Below are positions 8,559-17,265 of a stretch of DNA of 20,000 bases, one piece after another. A model generated the notes under the pieces. The model saw only the letters and a program-made list of their open reading frames with translations. It had not been told where the DNA came from and ran no database searches. A program made the translations under genes and the position numbers. Within the stretch, counting starts at the first letter, position 1. Each line of letters starts with the position of its first letter. The stretch lies in the sequence record SRR2962707_2549. One strand, 5' to 3'.

Positions 8559-8957
8559 ATGATGCAAATTGAACGGCGGCGAAAACCGCGGCAGATGGAA
8601 AACACCATTGCGCTCATTAACATTGTTTTTCTGATGCTTGTTTTTTTCATGATTGCCGCAACAATCGCGCCAGCTTCCGCGCCGAAGGTCAATCCAATCA
8701 CAACGCAGGATGCAAAAACCACCACGCATGGCTTGATGCTTGGCGTTAATGTTGATGGCGTCCTGATTTATCAAGGAGAGGAAATTTCAGCTCAAGCCTA
8801 TCTCGCCAGTTTGGAGAGTGGGGCTGGAGATAGCCCTGAAATTCGCCTTTTCCCCGACCGTGATCTGCCTGCGATAAAACTCTTGGATATTCTGACCGCG
8901 CTTAAGGATGCAGGCGGCGAAAATATAACCATTATCAGCGAACGGACGCAGCAATGA
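8559..8957 (+). CDS. exbD: Biopolymer transport protein ExbD/TolR, copy 2 (TM Asp replaced by Asn)
   Basis: IALINIVFLMLVFFMI; C-terminal IRLFPDRDLP...LKDAGGENITI fits the ExbD periplasmic domain. Confidence 0.88.
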   Translation: MMQIERRRKPRQMENTIALINIVFLMLVFFMIAATIAPASAPKVNPITTQDAKTTTHGLMLGVNVDGVLIYQGEEISAQAYLASLESGAGDSPEIRLFPDRDLPAIKLLDILTALKDAGGENITIISERTQQ

Positions 8958-9829
8958 AATTGACTGCATTCCACTGGGCTGGTGCACTTATATTTTCAGT
9001 GTCTGCCCATTTTTTTGCTGCATCATTTATGGGTGAAAAGCCCGATCAAATGTTGATTGAAGGCAGCGCGGGTGATGTCGCGGTTGTGATGCTCGGCGAT
9101 GCTGCCGCAGATGCAATTGCTGCAGGTAATCCGTCAGATACGCTTGACGCGCAGGACGTGGCCGAGACTTTGCAAGAAAATGTGCAAGAAACCGAAACTG
9201 CGCAGGAACCCGTTGTACAAGAAAATGTGTTGGTGTCTATAGAACAGGCGGTTGAGCCCGCAGCGCTCGAACAAGTGTCTGCAGAGGCACCAAACGAAGT
9301 GGAAGCTGTTGAAGAAGAGGTGCTGGCTGTAGAGACATTGCCAGTGCCTGCCGCTAGGCTGCAAAAATCGGAGGTTACGTCTAAAGAAACAACGAAAAAA
9401 CCAGCAAAGAAAGAAACCAAAAAGGCACCTAAAAAAACTACCGCAAAGAAAAAGGCTGGTAGCGGCGGTACGTCTAATACAAATACGCAAAAGAAGGCAG
9501 CAAAAGGCAATGTTGCGCCTAAAAGCAGCCAAGCAGGAAACGCTGCGGCTTCAAATTATCCAGGAAAGGTCGCTCGGCGCCTAAGCCGTTCGCTTCGCTA
9601 TCCAAAAAGCGCGCTTCGGGGAAGCCGAACCGGTCAGGCAAATGTAAGTTTTGTTGTTACAAAAAATGGCCAAGCAAAGTCCATTCGCATTATAGCCAGT
9701 TCAGGAAATCCGGTGCTTGATGAAGCAGCTGTAGATGCAGTTAAACGCGCTTCTCCATTTCCACCTATTCCTGAGGACGCGGGGCGTGACCAATGGCAAT
9801 TCACCGTGCCGATCTATTTTAAACGATAG
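8954..9829 (+). CDS. tonB: Energy transducer TonB
   Basis: N-terminal TM with SxxxH (SVSAH), Glu-rich then Lys-rich spacer, C-terminal domain LRYP...G...VSFVV...SSGNPVLDEAAVDAVKRASPFPPIP; ATGA overlap with exbD2. Confidence 0.92.
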   Translation: MKLTAFHWAGALIFSVSAHFFAASFMGEKPDQMLIEGSAGDVAVVMLGDAAADAIAAGNPSDTLDAQDVAETLQENVQETETAQEPVVQENVLVSIEQAVEPAALEQVSAEAPNEVEAVEEEVLAVETLPVPAARLQKSEVTSKETTKKPAKKETKKAPKKTTAKKKAGSGGTSNTNTQKKAAKGNVAPKSSQAGNAAASNYPGKVARRLSRSLRYPKSALRGSRTGQANVSFVVTKNGQAKSIRIIASSGNPVLDEAAVDAVKRASPFPPIPEDAGRDQWQFTVPIYFKR

Positions 9830-9900
9830 TTGATCAGCGACCTAATTTCACTCGCGCGTGCGGAGTTTTAAAAGCGCTTTTAGTGCGTTCAAAAATCAAT

Positions 9901-10782
9901 CTATAGCGATATGCCATATTTGCCAGATGCGGTCGAAAGACGGGTGTGTACTTCATCAAAGAACTCATCCTTTGGCGATAGGCTCGGTCTCACAATGCCG
10001 ATTTTACGGAACAGCTGAGGTTCACCAAATGGCACAGTGACAAGCTCGGCCTTCTCATTGCGCTGAGCGATTTCAGGAACGATGCCAACACCGAGTCCAG
10101 ATGCCACGCACTCGACAATCGTCGAGATCGTATCAATTTCAGCGGTGTCTTGCGGCACGATGTTTAGGCGCGAAAGTTCCGTGTCAATCATATTGGCAAG
10201 CGGAACATTCGCACAAAAGCGGACAAATGGATAAGTTTCTAGCATTTCACGCGCTGGCATTACGGGTGTTCCAGGTGGGGCAATGACCACAAGTGGCTCG
10301 CGAATAAATGGTGTCCATTTCAAAGATTTTGGTATGCCGAGGTGTTCGGCCACAATCGCAATATCAAGCCTGCTTGCTAGAACATCGCTAATCAGCGAGT
10401 TCGACATGCCGACACGAAGCTTGATTAAGAGTTCGGGATAGGTCTCGCGCAGAGAAATAATTGCGAGTGGCAAGAGGCCAATCGTGCTCGTGCGCACAGA
10501 ACCAATGGTCAGTGTGCCGGTGGATCTTTTCCCTTCAATGACGCTTTGCGTGTCATGAACCATACGCAAAATTTTGCGCGCCGATTCCAAAAGCTGAAGC
10601 CCTTGTAAAGTAAGCGAAGGAGGGCGTGTTTCACGATTGAAAAGCGGCGCTCCAACTTCCGTTTCCAAGGCCAGAATCTGTTGGCTGACCGCGGACGGCG
10701 TAATGTGAACCACTTCGGCTGCTCGCGCGAAGGTTCCGTGTTCGGCAATAGCCACCAATGTCTTTAGCTGACGTGTATCCAT
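9901..10782 (-). CDS. LysR family transcriptional regulator
   Basis: MDTRQLKTLVAIAEHGTFARAAEVVHITPSAVSQQILALE...LFNR helix-turn-helix; 293 aa; divergent from the catabolic cluster. Confidence 0.95.
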   Translation of the reverse strand: MDTRQLKTLVAIAEHGTFARAAEVVHITPSAVSQQILALETEVGAPLFNRETRPPSLTLQGLQLLESARKILRMVHDTQSVIEGKRSTGTLTIGSVRTSTIGLLPLAIISLRETYPELLIKLRVGMSNSLISDVLASRLDIAIVAEHLGIPKSLKWTPFIREPLVVIAPPGTPVMPAREMLETYPFVRFCANVPLANMIDTELSRLNIVPQDTAEIDTISTIVECVASGLGVGIVPEIAQRNEKAELVTVPFGEPQLFRKIGIVRPSLSPKDEFFDEVHTRLSTASGKYGISL

Positions 10783-10794
10783 AATTAATCCAGT

Positions 10795-10809
10795 TTATCT
10801 TCATCTTAA
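10795..10809. promoter_or_regulatory. Candidate LysR recognition site
   Basis: TTATCTTCATCTTAA (TTA...TAA dyad containing T-N11-A), 13 nt upstream of the lysR start in the divergent intergenic region. Confidence 0.45.
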
Positions 10810-10916
10810 GATCAAATTTATTCTCTTTTCTGAAGCAACGCTATGGGTAATATATGTTTTTGCAAGGGATGCAATCCCGACACGTGCCTAAACCATTGGG
10901 AGGAGAATTGGCAATT

Positions 10917-11912
10917 ATGCGAAAGATTTTAGTAAGTGGGCCGGAAATCGCGTCCGCTGCAATCCGTATTGCAGAAAAATCAGGCTATGAACTCGTCTTT
11001 GCGCCAGCCTATTCAAATTCCGATGCTTTGGTGGAGTTGATGCGCGAACATGACCCAGTTGGCGTGGTTTCACGCGCAGGCAATTTTGGGGCAGGGCCAA
11101 TCAGTGCGGGGCGTTCACTGCGTATTATTTCTAAGCACGGCGCTGGCGTCGATAACATCGATGTTGAATGCGCAACGCAGCATCAGATCCAAGTAATCCG
11201 AGCGACTGGCGCAAATGCTGTCTCGGTGGCTGAACATGCCGTTGCCCTTGCCATGGCCTCAGTGAAGCGCTTGCGCACACTTGATGGCACCTTGCGCCAA
11301 GGTAAATGGGAAAAGATGGCCTTTGTTGGGCGTGAATTAGCCGGCATGCGCGTTGGTCTCGTGGGCGCTGGCGCAATTGCGCAAGTGGCAGCGCGGCTTT
11401 TCCGCGGACTTGGACTTGAAGTCGCCGCCTATGATCCATTTGCTAATCAATCTGTTTTTACCCAGATGGGCGCTGAACACTTCGCTGATTTAGACAAAAT
11501 GCTGCACACGGTAGATATCGTTAGCCTGCATTGCCCGCTAGTGCCTGAGACCCACCATTTGATGAATGAGCGGACAATCGCGCTGCTGCCAAAGGGGAGC
11601 TATATTATCAATGCTGCGCGGGGCGGGCTTGTTGATGAGCGTGCCCTTCTTGATGCTTTGGCAACGGGGCAGATTGCGGGCGCTGGCCTTGACACTTTAG
11701 AGGTTGAGCCACCTGAAGGCGATAATCCACTCTTTGATGTGCCCGAACTAATCGTGACGCCGCATGTCGGCGCTTCGACCGCTGAAGCAATGATGCGCGT
11801 GGCCGCTGAGGCTATGAACGGCATCATAGATTTCATCGAAGGGCGCGAAATTCCTTCCAGCCGACTTGTGAATAAAATTGACAGCGAAATCGCTGCGAAC
11901 CCTACTGCATAA
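10917..11912 (+). CDS. D-isomer-specific 2-hydroxyacid dehydrogenase (SerA-like, no ACT domain)
   Basis: KHGAGVDNID, NAVSVAEHA, Rossmann GAGAIA followed by YDPF, SLHCPL, INAARGGLVDE, EVEP, TPHVGAST. The GGGAGGAG SD favours ATG 10917 over the track start at 10854. Confidence 0.9.
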   Translation: MRKILVSGPEIASAAIRIAEKSGYELVFAPAYSNSDALVELMREHDPVGVVSRAGNFGAGPISAGRSLRIISKHGAGVDNIDVECATQHQIQVIRATGANAVSVAEHAVALAMASVKRLRTLDGTLRQGKWEKMAFVGRELAGMRVGLVGAGAIAQVAARLFRGLGLEVAAYDPFANQSVFTQMGAEHFADLDKMLHTVDIVSLHCPLVPETHHLMNERTIALLPKGSYIINAARGGLVDERALLDALATGQIAGAGLDTLEVEPPEGDNPLFDVPELIVTPHVGASTAEAMMRVAAEAMNGIIDFIEGREIPSSRLVNKIDSEIAANPTA

Positions 11913-11927
11913 TTAGAGGATATACCT

Positions 11928-12608
11928 ATGACGATCGGAAACCGCATATTAAGTGCTAAACGCAAAGCCAGCAAAGAAATGGTTGATGCGTTCAAGCAAT
12001 TGCCCGTAGCCAATGTCAGCGATTGTATGTCGCGTATGTCTGCTGCCGGTCCACAAATTAGACCGATGCATACGAGCGGAGTGCTCGCCGGTCCAGCATT
12101 GACTGTCGTAACGCGCCCAGGCGACAATCTTTTTATCCATAAGGCCATAGATATGGCTGAACCCGGCGATGTGATCGTTGTCGATGGTGCTGGCGATTTG
12201 ACAAATTCTCTCATGGGCGAGCTGATGCTTGCCTATGCAATAAAACGCGGGGTTGCTGGCTTTGTGTTGAACGGCGCAATCCGCGATATTGATGAATTTC
12301 GTTCTATGAATCTGCCTGTTTATGCCGCCGGCGTAACGCATCGCGGTCCATACAAAGTTGGCCCTGGCGAAATTAATGTTACGATTGCGATAGATGGAAT
12401 GACGATCGAGCCCGGTGACTTAATTCTTGGTGACAACGATGGCGTATTGTCTGTGCCATATGACGAAATGGAAACAGTGCTTGCAGCTACGCAGAAAAAA
12501 AGCGAAGCAGAGAAAAAGCAAATGGGTGATATTCTTAATGGCACAGTTGATCGCAGCTGGATCGATATTAAATTGCGTGAAACTGGGTGCATTTTCCCAA
12601 GCAACTAG
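11928..12608 (+). CDS. RraA family protein (4-hydroxy-4-methyl-2-oxoglutarate aldolase / oxaloacetate decarboxylase-like)
   Basis: VANVSDCM, GPALTV..RPGDNL, PGDVIVVDG, GELM, GAIRD, PGDLILGDNDGV; GAGGA SD. Confidence 0.9.
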   Translation: MTIGNRILSAKRKASKEMVDAFKQLPVANVSDCMSRMSAAGPQIRPMHTSGVLAGPALTVVTRPGDNLFIHKAIDMAEPGDVIVVDGAGDLTNSLMGELMLAYAIKRGVAGFVLNGAIRDIDEFRSMNLPVYAAGVTHRGPYKVGPGEINVTIAIDGMTIEPGDLILGDNDGVLSVPYDEMETVLAATQKKSEAEKKQMGDILNGTVDRSWIDIKLRETGCIFPSN

Positions 12609-12620
12609 CGCAATGATTAA

Positions 12621-13820
12621 ATGTTAGCAGCACTCCGAGACCGCAAACTTCAAGGCTATCTCGCTGGAAATCTGCTCTCAATCGTTGGAACATGGGCGCA
12701 GCGTGTCGTCGTTTTCTGGATCGCTTGGGAGATGACCGGCTCCACTGCGGTGCTCGGCGTGTTGGCAGCGCTGGACATGGCGCCCGCTGTTCTGGCAGCG
12801 CCGATAGCTGGAGCGCTCGCAGATCGCCAGCCTGCACGAAAGCTAACGATTGTTGTGCAACTATTTTCGATGTTGCCGCCGATTATTTTGGCCGGATTCG
12901 CAATCGTTGACCAAATTAGTCTGCCTCTTCTGATGGTGCTGACACTGTGTACCGGTTTGCTCAGTGGCTTTGATCATCCGCTGAGATTGCTACTTGTCGG
13001 CAGCATTACAGGGCAGGCGCAGGTATCTAACGCCGTTGCCTTAAATTCCACCGTATTTAATATTGGTCGTATGATTGGTCCGGCCTTTGGTGGTTGGATG
13101 ATATCGCAGGGGCATACCGCTATCGTTTTTGGTTTAAACGCTGCGACCTTTCTCGCCTTCGCTATTTTGCTTTCGCTGCCCGGAATGTTTCGCGAAGATG
13201 CGATGCCAAAATCAAATGGTAACAAATTTAGTCTTGGAAGCTGGGTTAGCGTCTTCAAACAAATGGAACCGTTAGATCGACGGTTGTTTCTATATTTCGC
13301 TTCAATCGGACTCATGATGAGACCTGTATTTGAGTTGCTGCCTTCACAGGCGGCGCGGTTCACTTCAGAGGTTTTTAGCGAAGCTCAGGCCTATTCCTTG
13401 CTCACCTCGACACAAGGTTTCGGCGCATTGCTTAGTGCCATCCTGACTTCAATATTGCTCAGCAGGATCAATGGTAAGTTCATCGCCGTCTATGCAGGTC
13501 TTGGTGCTACTTTAGCAATTCTGGCCTTCCTATTTAGTACGCCGCTTAGCGTCGCTTTAGTGGCACTTGCTACCCTGTCGGGAGCCGTATTGATGAACGG
13601 TATTTCAACGCAAGTGATGTTGCAGACGCGCTTGCCGCGTGAGGTGCGGGGGCGGGCACTTGCTATCTATACAATGACGCTTCGTGGAGCGCCGGCGCTT
13701 GGTGCATTTCTAGCCGGTGTTCTGGGCGGATATGTATCCCAAGTGACTTTGTTTAGTGCAGCTGCAGTCCTCATGTTCGTCTGGGGTGTTAGCTTTTTGC
13801 GAAATCAGGCGCGCGCTTGA
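12621..13820 (+). CDS. Major facilitator superfamily permease (MFS_3 / EntS-like)
   Basis: GNLLSIVGTWAQRV...W..WEMTGS, AGALADR, NAVALNSTVFNIGRMIGPAFGG, LQTRLPREVRGR; about 12 TM helices. Confidence 0.9.
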   Translation: MLAALRDRKLQGYLAGNLLSIVGTWAQRVVVFWIAWEMTGSTAVLGVLAALDMAPAVLAAPIAGALADRQPARKLTIVVQLFSMLPPIILAGFAIVDQISLPLLMVLTLCTGLLSGFDHPLRLLLVGSITGQAQVSNAVALNSTVFNIGRMIGPAFGGWMISQGHTAIVFGLNAATFLAFAILLSLPGMFREDAMPKSNGNKFSLGSWVSVFKQMEPLDRRLFLYFASIGLMMRPVFELLPSQAARFTSEVFSEAQAYSLLTSTQGFGALLSAILTSILLSRINGKFIAVYAGLGATLAILAFLFSTPLSVALVALATLSGAVLMNGISTQVMLQTRLPREVRGRALAIYTMTLRGAPALGAFLAGVLGGYVSQVTLFSAAAVLMFVWGVSFLRNQARA

Positions 13821-13909
13821 TTAAGAAAAACTTGATGTAATCGAAATTATTTATCGCTTTTAGTTAGTCTGACTTTTTGTATATTAATTTCTCAACGGGA
13901 GGAAACATA

Positions 13910-14860
13910 ATGAAAATTCTTAAAGCAACACTACTCGCTGGCTCAATGAGCCTAATCGCAACGTCCGCATTTGCGGAATTCCCAGAACGTGACATCGAAC
14001 TACTAGTCGGCTTTTCAGCCGGTGGTGGTACTGATGTAATGGCGCGTACACTGGAACCGTTCTTAGAGAAGTATCTCGGAGACGGCACAAATATCGTTAT
14101 CAAAAATATTCCAGGTGCAAGTGGCCAGATTGCCGTGACGCAGGTGGCGCAGTCAGAAGCCGATGGCTACACAATCGGCACTTACAACTTGCCGGGCGTG
14201 ATGGCGCGTACATTAGACCGTAAAGCTGACTATACAGCTGATAGCTTCACCTACCTTGCCAATGTTGTTGATGATCCAAATGTGATCGTAACACCGCAAA
14301 CCAGCTCTATTTCAAGCATGTCTGAGTTGATTGAAAAAGCCAAAGCTGACCCAGGTTCAATCACAATGGGTATTTCAGGCTTGGGCGGCGATGACCATTT
14401 CATGTTCATTGCACTTCAAGAAGCAACTGGCGCAGAATTCACACTTGTGCCCTTCGGTAGCTCAGCACCGACACGCACAGCTCTTATGGGCGGCCATGTT
14501 GCAGCAGGTATCCTAAACGTATCTGAGGTTGCTGGTTTTGAAGAATCTGTTCGCGTGCTTGGCGTCGCCTCTGAAGAACCTTCAGAATATGCGCCTGACG
14601 TTCCAACATTGAAATCCCAAGGCATAGACATAACCAATGGTTCTATGCGCGGGTTTGTTGCTCCAGCGAACCTACCGGATGATGTTCGCGAGAAGCTGCT
14701 CAACGCATTTAGTAAAACTTTTGAAGATCCAGAATTTCAAAAAGCGATGCGTGCTACATCCAATCCAACAAGGCTTTCTCTTGGTGAGGATTTCCGAGTG
14801 CTCAATAATTCTCAACTTACTTTCGCTAAGAAGGTTTGGGAAACTTCTCCCTGGAAATAA
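13910..14860 (+). CDS. tctC: Tripartite tricarboxylate transporter substrate-binding protein (TctC/Bug family)
   Basis: Signal peptide (AFA-EFP), FPERDIELLVGFSAGGGTDVMAR, NIPGASG, ADGYTIG, DVPTLKSQG; GGGAGG SD before ATG 13910. Confidence 0.93.
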   Translation: MKILKATLLAGSMSLIATSAFAEFPERDIELLVGFSAGGGTDVMARTLEPFLEKYLGDGTNIVIKNIPGASGQIAVTQVAQSEADGYTIGTYNLPGVMARTLDRKADYTADSFTYLANVVDDPNVIVTPQTSSISSMSELIEKAKADPGSITMGISGLGGDDHFMFIALQEATGAEFTLVPFGSSAPTRTALMGGHVAAGILNVSEVAGFEESVRVLGVASEEPSEYAPDVPTLKSQGIDITNGSMRGFVAPANLPDDVREKLLNAFSKTFEDPEFQKAMRATSNPTRLSLGEDFRVLNNSQLTFAKKVWETSPWK

Positions 14861-14866
14861 AATTAT

Positions 14867-14892
14867 GCCTACCGTCCTTTGGGGCGGTAGGC
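14867..14892 (+). other. Intra-operon stem-loop after tctC (mRNA-stabilising or attenuating)
   Basis: GCCTACCGTCC-TTTG-GGGCGGTAGGC, an 11-bp stem with one G-U pair and no following U tract. Confidence 0.7.
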
Positions 14893-14943
14893 CAAAATTC
14901 CCAAAAATATCACTAGATAATTCGCTGTATCTTGGGGGGTCCA

Positions 14944-15402
14944 ATGGATACCAAAGGTCTTAGTACTCGGTTGTGGGCAGAAGTCGCCTTCGCCGGTTTC
15001 ATCATTGTTGCAAGCGCTTTGCTGTTGTTTTCGGCGTTGGATTTGCCGACGATGTCGGCGCTTTTGCCCGTTGCGATGCTCGGTTGTCTAATTGCTCTGG
15101 GTGTTGCGCTCATTTTCGTTCAGTTCATGCGCAGACAAAGCGTTGCAGATAAGGATCTGAAAGTTGGTGATCCGGCGCGCGCTTTAGGAGCATTTAGCGC
15201 TATCATTATCTACACATTAGCCGTTCAATATATCGGCTTTTATATCTCTACAATCATAATGGTACCCACGGTCGCTTGGTTGTTCGGCTTTCGCAATATT
15301 CGCGGATTGGCTCTCGCCACTGTCATTTTCGTTGGCGGTACCTTCCTTATTTTTTCGATGCTGATGGGACAGCGCTTCCCTGAAGAAATCTTTTTACGCT
15401 GA
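14944..15402 (+). CDS. tctB: Tripartite tricarboxylate transporter small permease (TctB family)
   Basis: About 152 aa, 4-5 TM helices, IGFYIST and C-terminal FSMLMGQRFP; lies between tctC and tctA. Confidence 0.88.
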   Translation: MDTKGLSTRLWAEVAFAGFIIVASALLLFSALDLPTMSALLPVAMLGCLIALGVALIFVQFMRRQSVADKDLKVGDPARALGAFSAIIIYTLAVQYIGFYISTIIMVPTVAWLFGFRNIRGLALATVIFVGGTFLIFSMLMGQRFPEEIFLR

Positions 15403-15414
15403 AGAGAAAAGCTT

Positions 15415-16917
15415 ATGTATAGTAACTTACTCGACGCACTGCCTGAGGTTCTCACCCTTGCGAATTTTGCCGCTGTCGTGATCGGCGTGCTTTCGGGCAT
15501 CATTGTGGGCGCGCTTCCAGGTTTGAGCGCTACCATGGCTATATCAGTTCTCATTCCTTTCACTTATGCGTTTGAACCGCTTGTCGCGCTTGGCCTCATG
15601 GCAGGCATCTATAATGGAGCGATGTATGGCGGCGCTATTCCGGCTGTTTTGCTGCGCATTCCCGGCACCCCTGCTGCGGTAGCGACGAGCTTTGATGGCT
15701 ATCCTATGGCGCAGCAAGGTCGCGGCGGCTACGCGCTGCAAGTTGCAGTCGTATCATCATCAATCGGCGGTACAGCCAGCGCGCTAGCCCTTATGCTTCT
15801 TGCGCCACCATTGGCACAATTGACATTGCTTTTTGGTCCGTCAGAGATTTTCTGGATCGCGGTTTTTGCGATGACAAGTATTGTCTTCCTGCTTGGCGGC
15901 AATCCTATTAAAGGCCTTATTAGCGCCTCTTTCGGTATCTTGATATCGTTGGTCGGTTCGGACGTGATTACCGGATATGACCGTTTCACTTTTGGCAACC
16001 TCGAAGTCCTTGATGGCATCAATATCGTTGTGTTGTTGGTCGGACTTTATGCGCTTCCGCCGGTTATTGACTTGTTGCAGAAAGAGCATGGCACAGATAA
16101 ATCAGGTGCCCGCGATCTAGTGACGGAAAGCCTTTGGAAAAATCTTCCTGGGATGCGCCGATTTACCAAAACATGGGCGCGCGGCTCTATTATTGGTATT
16201 TTTGTTGGGATATTGCCCGGTGCAGGCGGATCAATGGCTGCATTCCTCAGCTACAATGAAGCGCGCCGCGCCTCTAAAAATCCTGAAGAATGGGGCAAGG
16301 GCGAGCCTGAGGGCGTTGCGGCGGCTGAAACGGCAAACAATGCAGACACTGCTGCAGCTCTGATTCCTGCTTTGACGCTTGGGATTCCAGGAACTGCGGT
16401 TGCTGCTGTCATGCTTGGCGGGCTATTAATTCACGGCTTGCAGCCCGGACCAATGCTGTTTCGCGAAAATCCAGACATCGTGTTTGGATTTATGTGGCAG
16501 TTCTTGTTCGCGGCTATTTTGCTAATTTTCCTTGGCGGATCACTTGCGACAAACAATTTTGCCAAAGTGCTTCGTTTGCCGCGCCCACTGCTCGGCTCGA
16601 TTATTATTGCGTTGATGCTGATCGGTGTTTATTCAATCCATGGACGCATGTTTGACGTCTATCTGATGCTCGGCTTTGGCTTAATTGGCTATGTTATGGA
16701 CAAGCTCGATTATCCGCTGCCGCCTGTTGTGCTTGGCGTTATTCTAGGTGGTTTTGCTGAACAGAACTTGCGCTTGGCCCTGCGCATTGGGCGCGGTGAC
16801 TGGTCGTATCTGTGGCAGAATACAACCAGCATAGTGCTTATAGCTATGACTGTGTTCGTGATCGTCGGTCCAATGGCAATGAAGCTATGGAAGCGCCAAA
16901 AAAGCCAGCAGGGCTAA
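15415..16917 (+). CDS. tctA: Tripartite tricarboxylate transporter large permease (TctA family)
   Basis: GALPGLSATMAI, YGGAIPAVLLRIPGTP, DGYPMAQQGR, GILPGAGG, AETANNA, LTLGIPG, GLQPGP; 500 aa. Confidence 0.95.
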   Translation: MYSNLLDALPEVLTLANFAAVVIGVLSGIIVGALPGLSATMAISVLIPFTYAFEPLVALGLMAGIYNGAMYGGAIPAVLLRIPGTPAAVATSFDGYPMAQQGRGGYALQVAVVSSSIGGTASALALMLLAPPLAQLTLLFGPSEIFWIAVFAMTSIVFLLGGNPIKGLISASFGILISLVGSDVITGYDRFTFGNLEVLDGINIVVLLVGLYALPPVIDLLQKEHGTDKSGARDLVTESLWKNLPGMRRFTKTWARGSIIGIFVGILPGAGGSMAAFLSYNEARRASKNPEEWGKGEPEGVAAAETANNADTAAALIPALTLGIPGTAVAAVMLGGLLIHGLQPGPMLFRENPDIVFGFMWQFLFAAILLIFLGGSLATNNFAKVLRLPRPLLGSIIIALMLIGVYSIHGRMFDVYLMLGFGLIGYVMDKLDYPLPPVVLGVILGGFAEQNLRLALRIGRGDWSYLWQNTTSIVLIAMTVFVIVGPMAMKLWKRQKSQQG

Positions 16918-16948
16918 GCCCGATAACAAGTAAATAATTAAAGCTAAT

Positions 16949-17021
16949 CTATCGCGGTAGTCTTTTGATTTATGTGCCGAACTTGGCCTAAATCATTAGA
17001 ACGCCGCGATAGTTTTGTTTT
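16949..17021 (+). terminator. Long imperfect hairpin plus T tract after tctA
   Basis: CTATCGCGG (16949-16957) / CCGCGATAG (17004-17012) outer stem with inner TGATTTA/TAAATCA and GCC/GGC stems, followed by TTTTGTTTT. Confidence 0.7.
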
Positions 17022-17151
17022 GTAGGCCCAAAATGTTCGCCGCTGATCGATTTATACTACGTATAAATTTCACAAGCTCCATATTTGTTGGCATAAATAT
17101 GTAAAGACCCTTCAAATTTAAATAAAATCATAAAATATAAAACTTTATATA

Positions 17152-17201
17152 TTAACCAATAAATGAATTGGTTATTAAAATATTGGTTAAAAATAGATTA
17201 A
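17152..17201. promoter_or_regulatory. Inverted repeats and a CtrA-type box upstream of the oxidase operon
   Basis: TTAACCAATA (17152-17161) / TATTGGTTAA (17181-17190) is a perfect 10-bp inverted repeat, with an extra ATTGGTTA at 17167-17174. 17186-17201 reads TTAA-TCTATTT-TTAAC on the minus strand. Confidence 0.5.
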
Positions 17202-17265
17202 TGCGGTAATTGTGGAGAATAAAATATGTAGTCAGTAGAAGACTAGCGAAAAGGGGGGCTATTCG

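Noticed and set aside
9390-9510. Lys-rich histone-H1-like stretch in TonB
   Set aside because: Charged low-complexity spacers are normal for TonB, so it is not evidence for DNA binding.
9046-9532. Minus-strand ORFs of 154 and 132 aa
   Set aside because: Antisense shadows of the low-complexity Glu/Lys spacer of tonB.
9869-9882. Palindrome TAAAAGCGCTTTTA between convergent tonB and lysR
   Set aside because: No loop and an AT-rich stem; too weak to call a terminator or operator.
11364-11384. GxGxxA instead of GxGxxG in the dehydrogenase Rossmann motif
   Set aside because: A tolerated variant; the acidic YD(P) and the catalytic Arg/Glu/His motifs are intact.
11600-12214. 204-aa minus-strand ORF
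   Set aside because: Antisense to two well-supported genes and has no family features.
17040-17260. Sharp AT-rich stretch as a possible mobile-element boundary or replication origin
   Set aside because: No transposase, integrase, tRNA, target duplication or DnaA-box cluster was seen; it is consistent with a promoter region.
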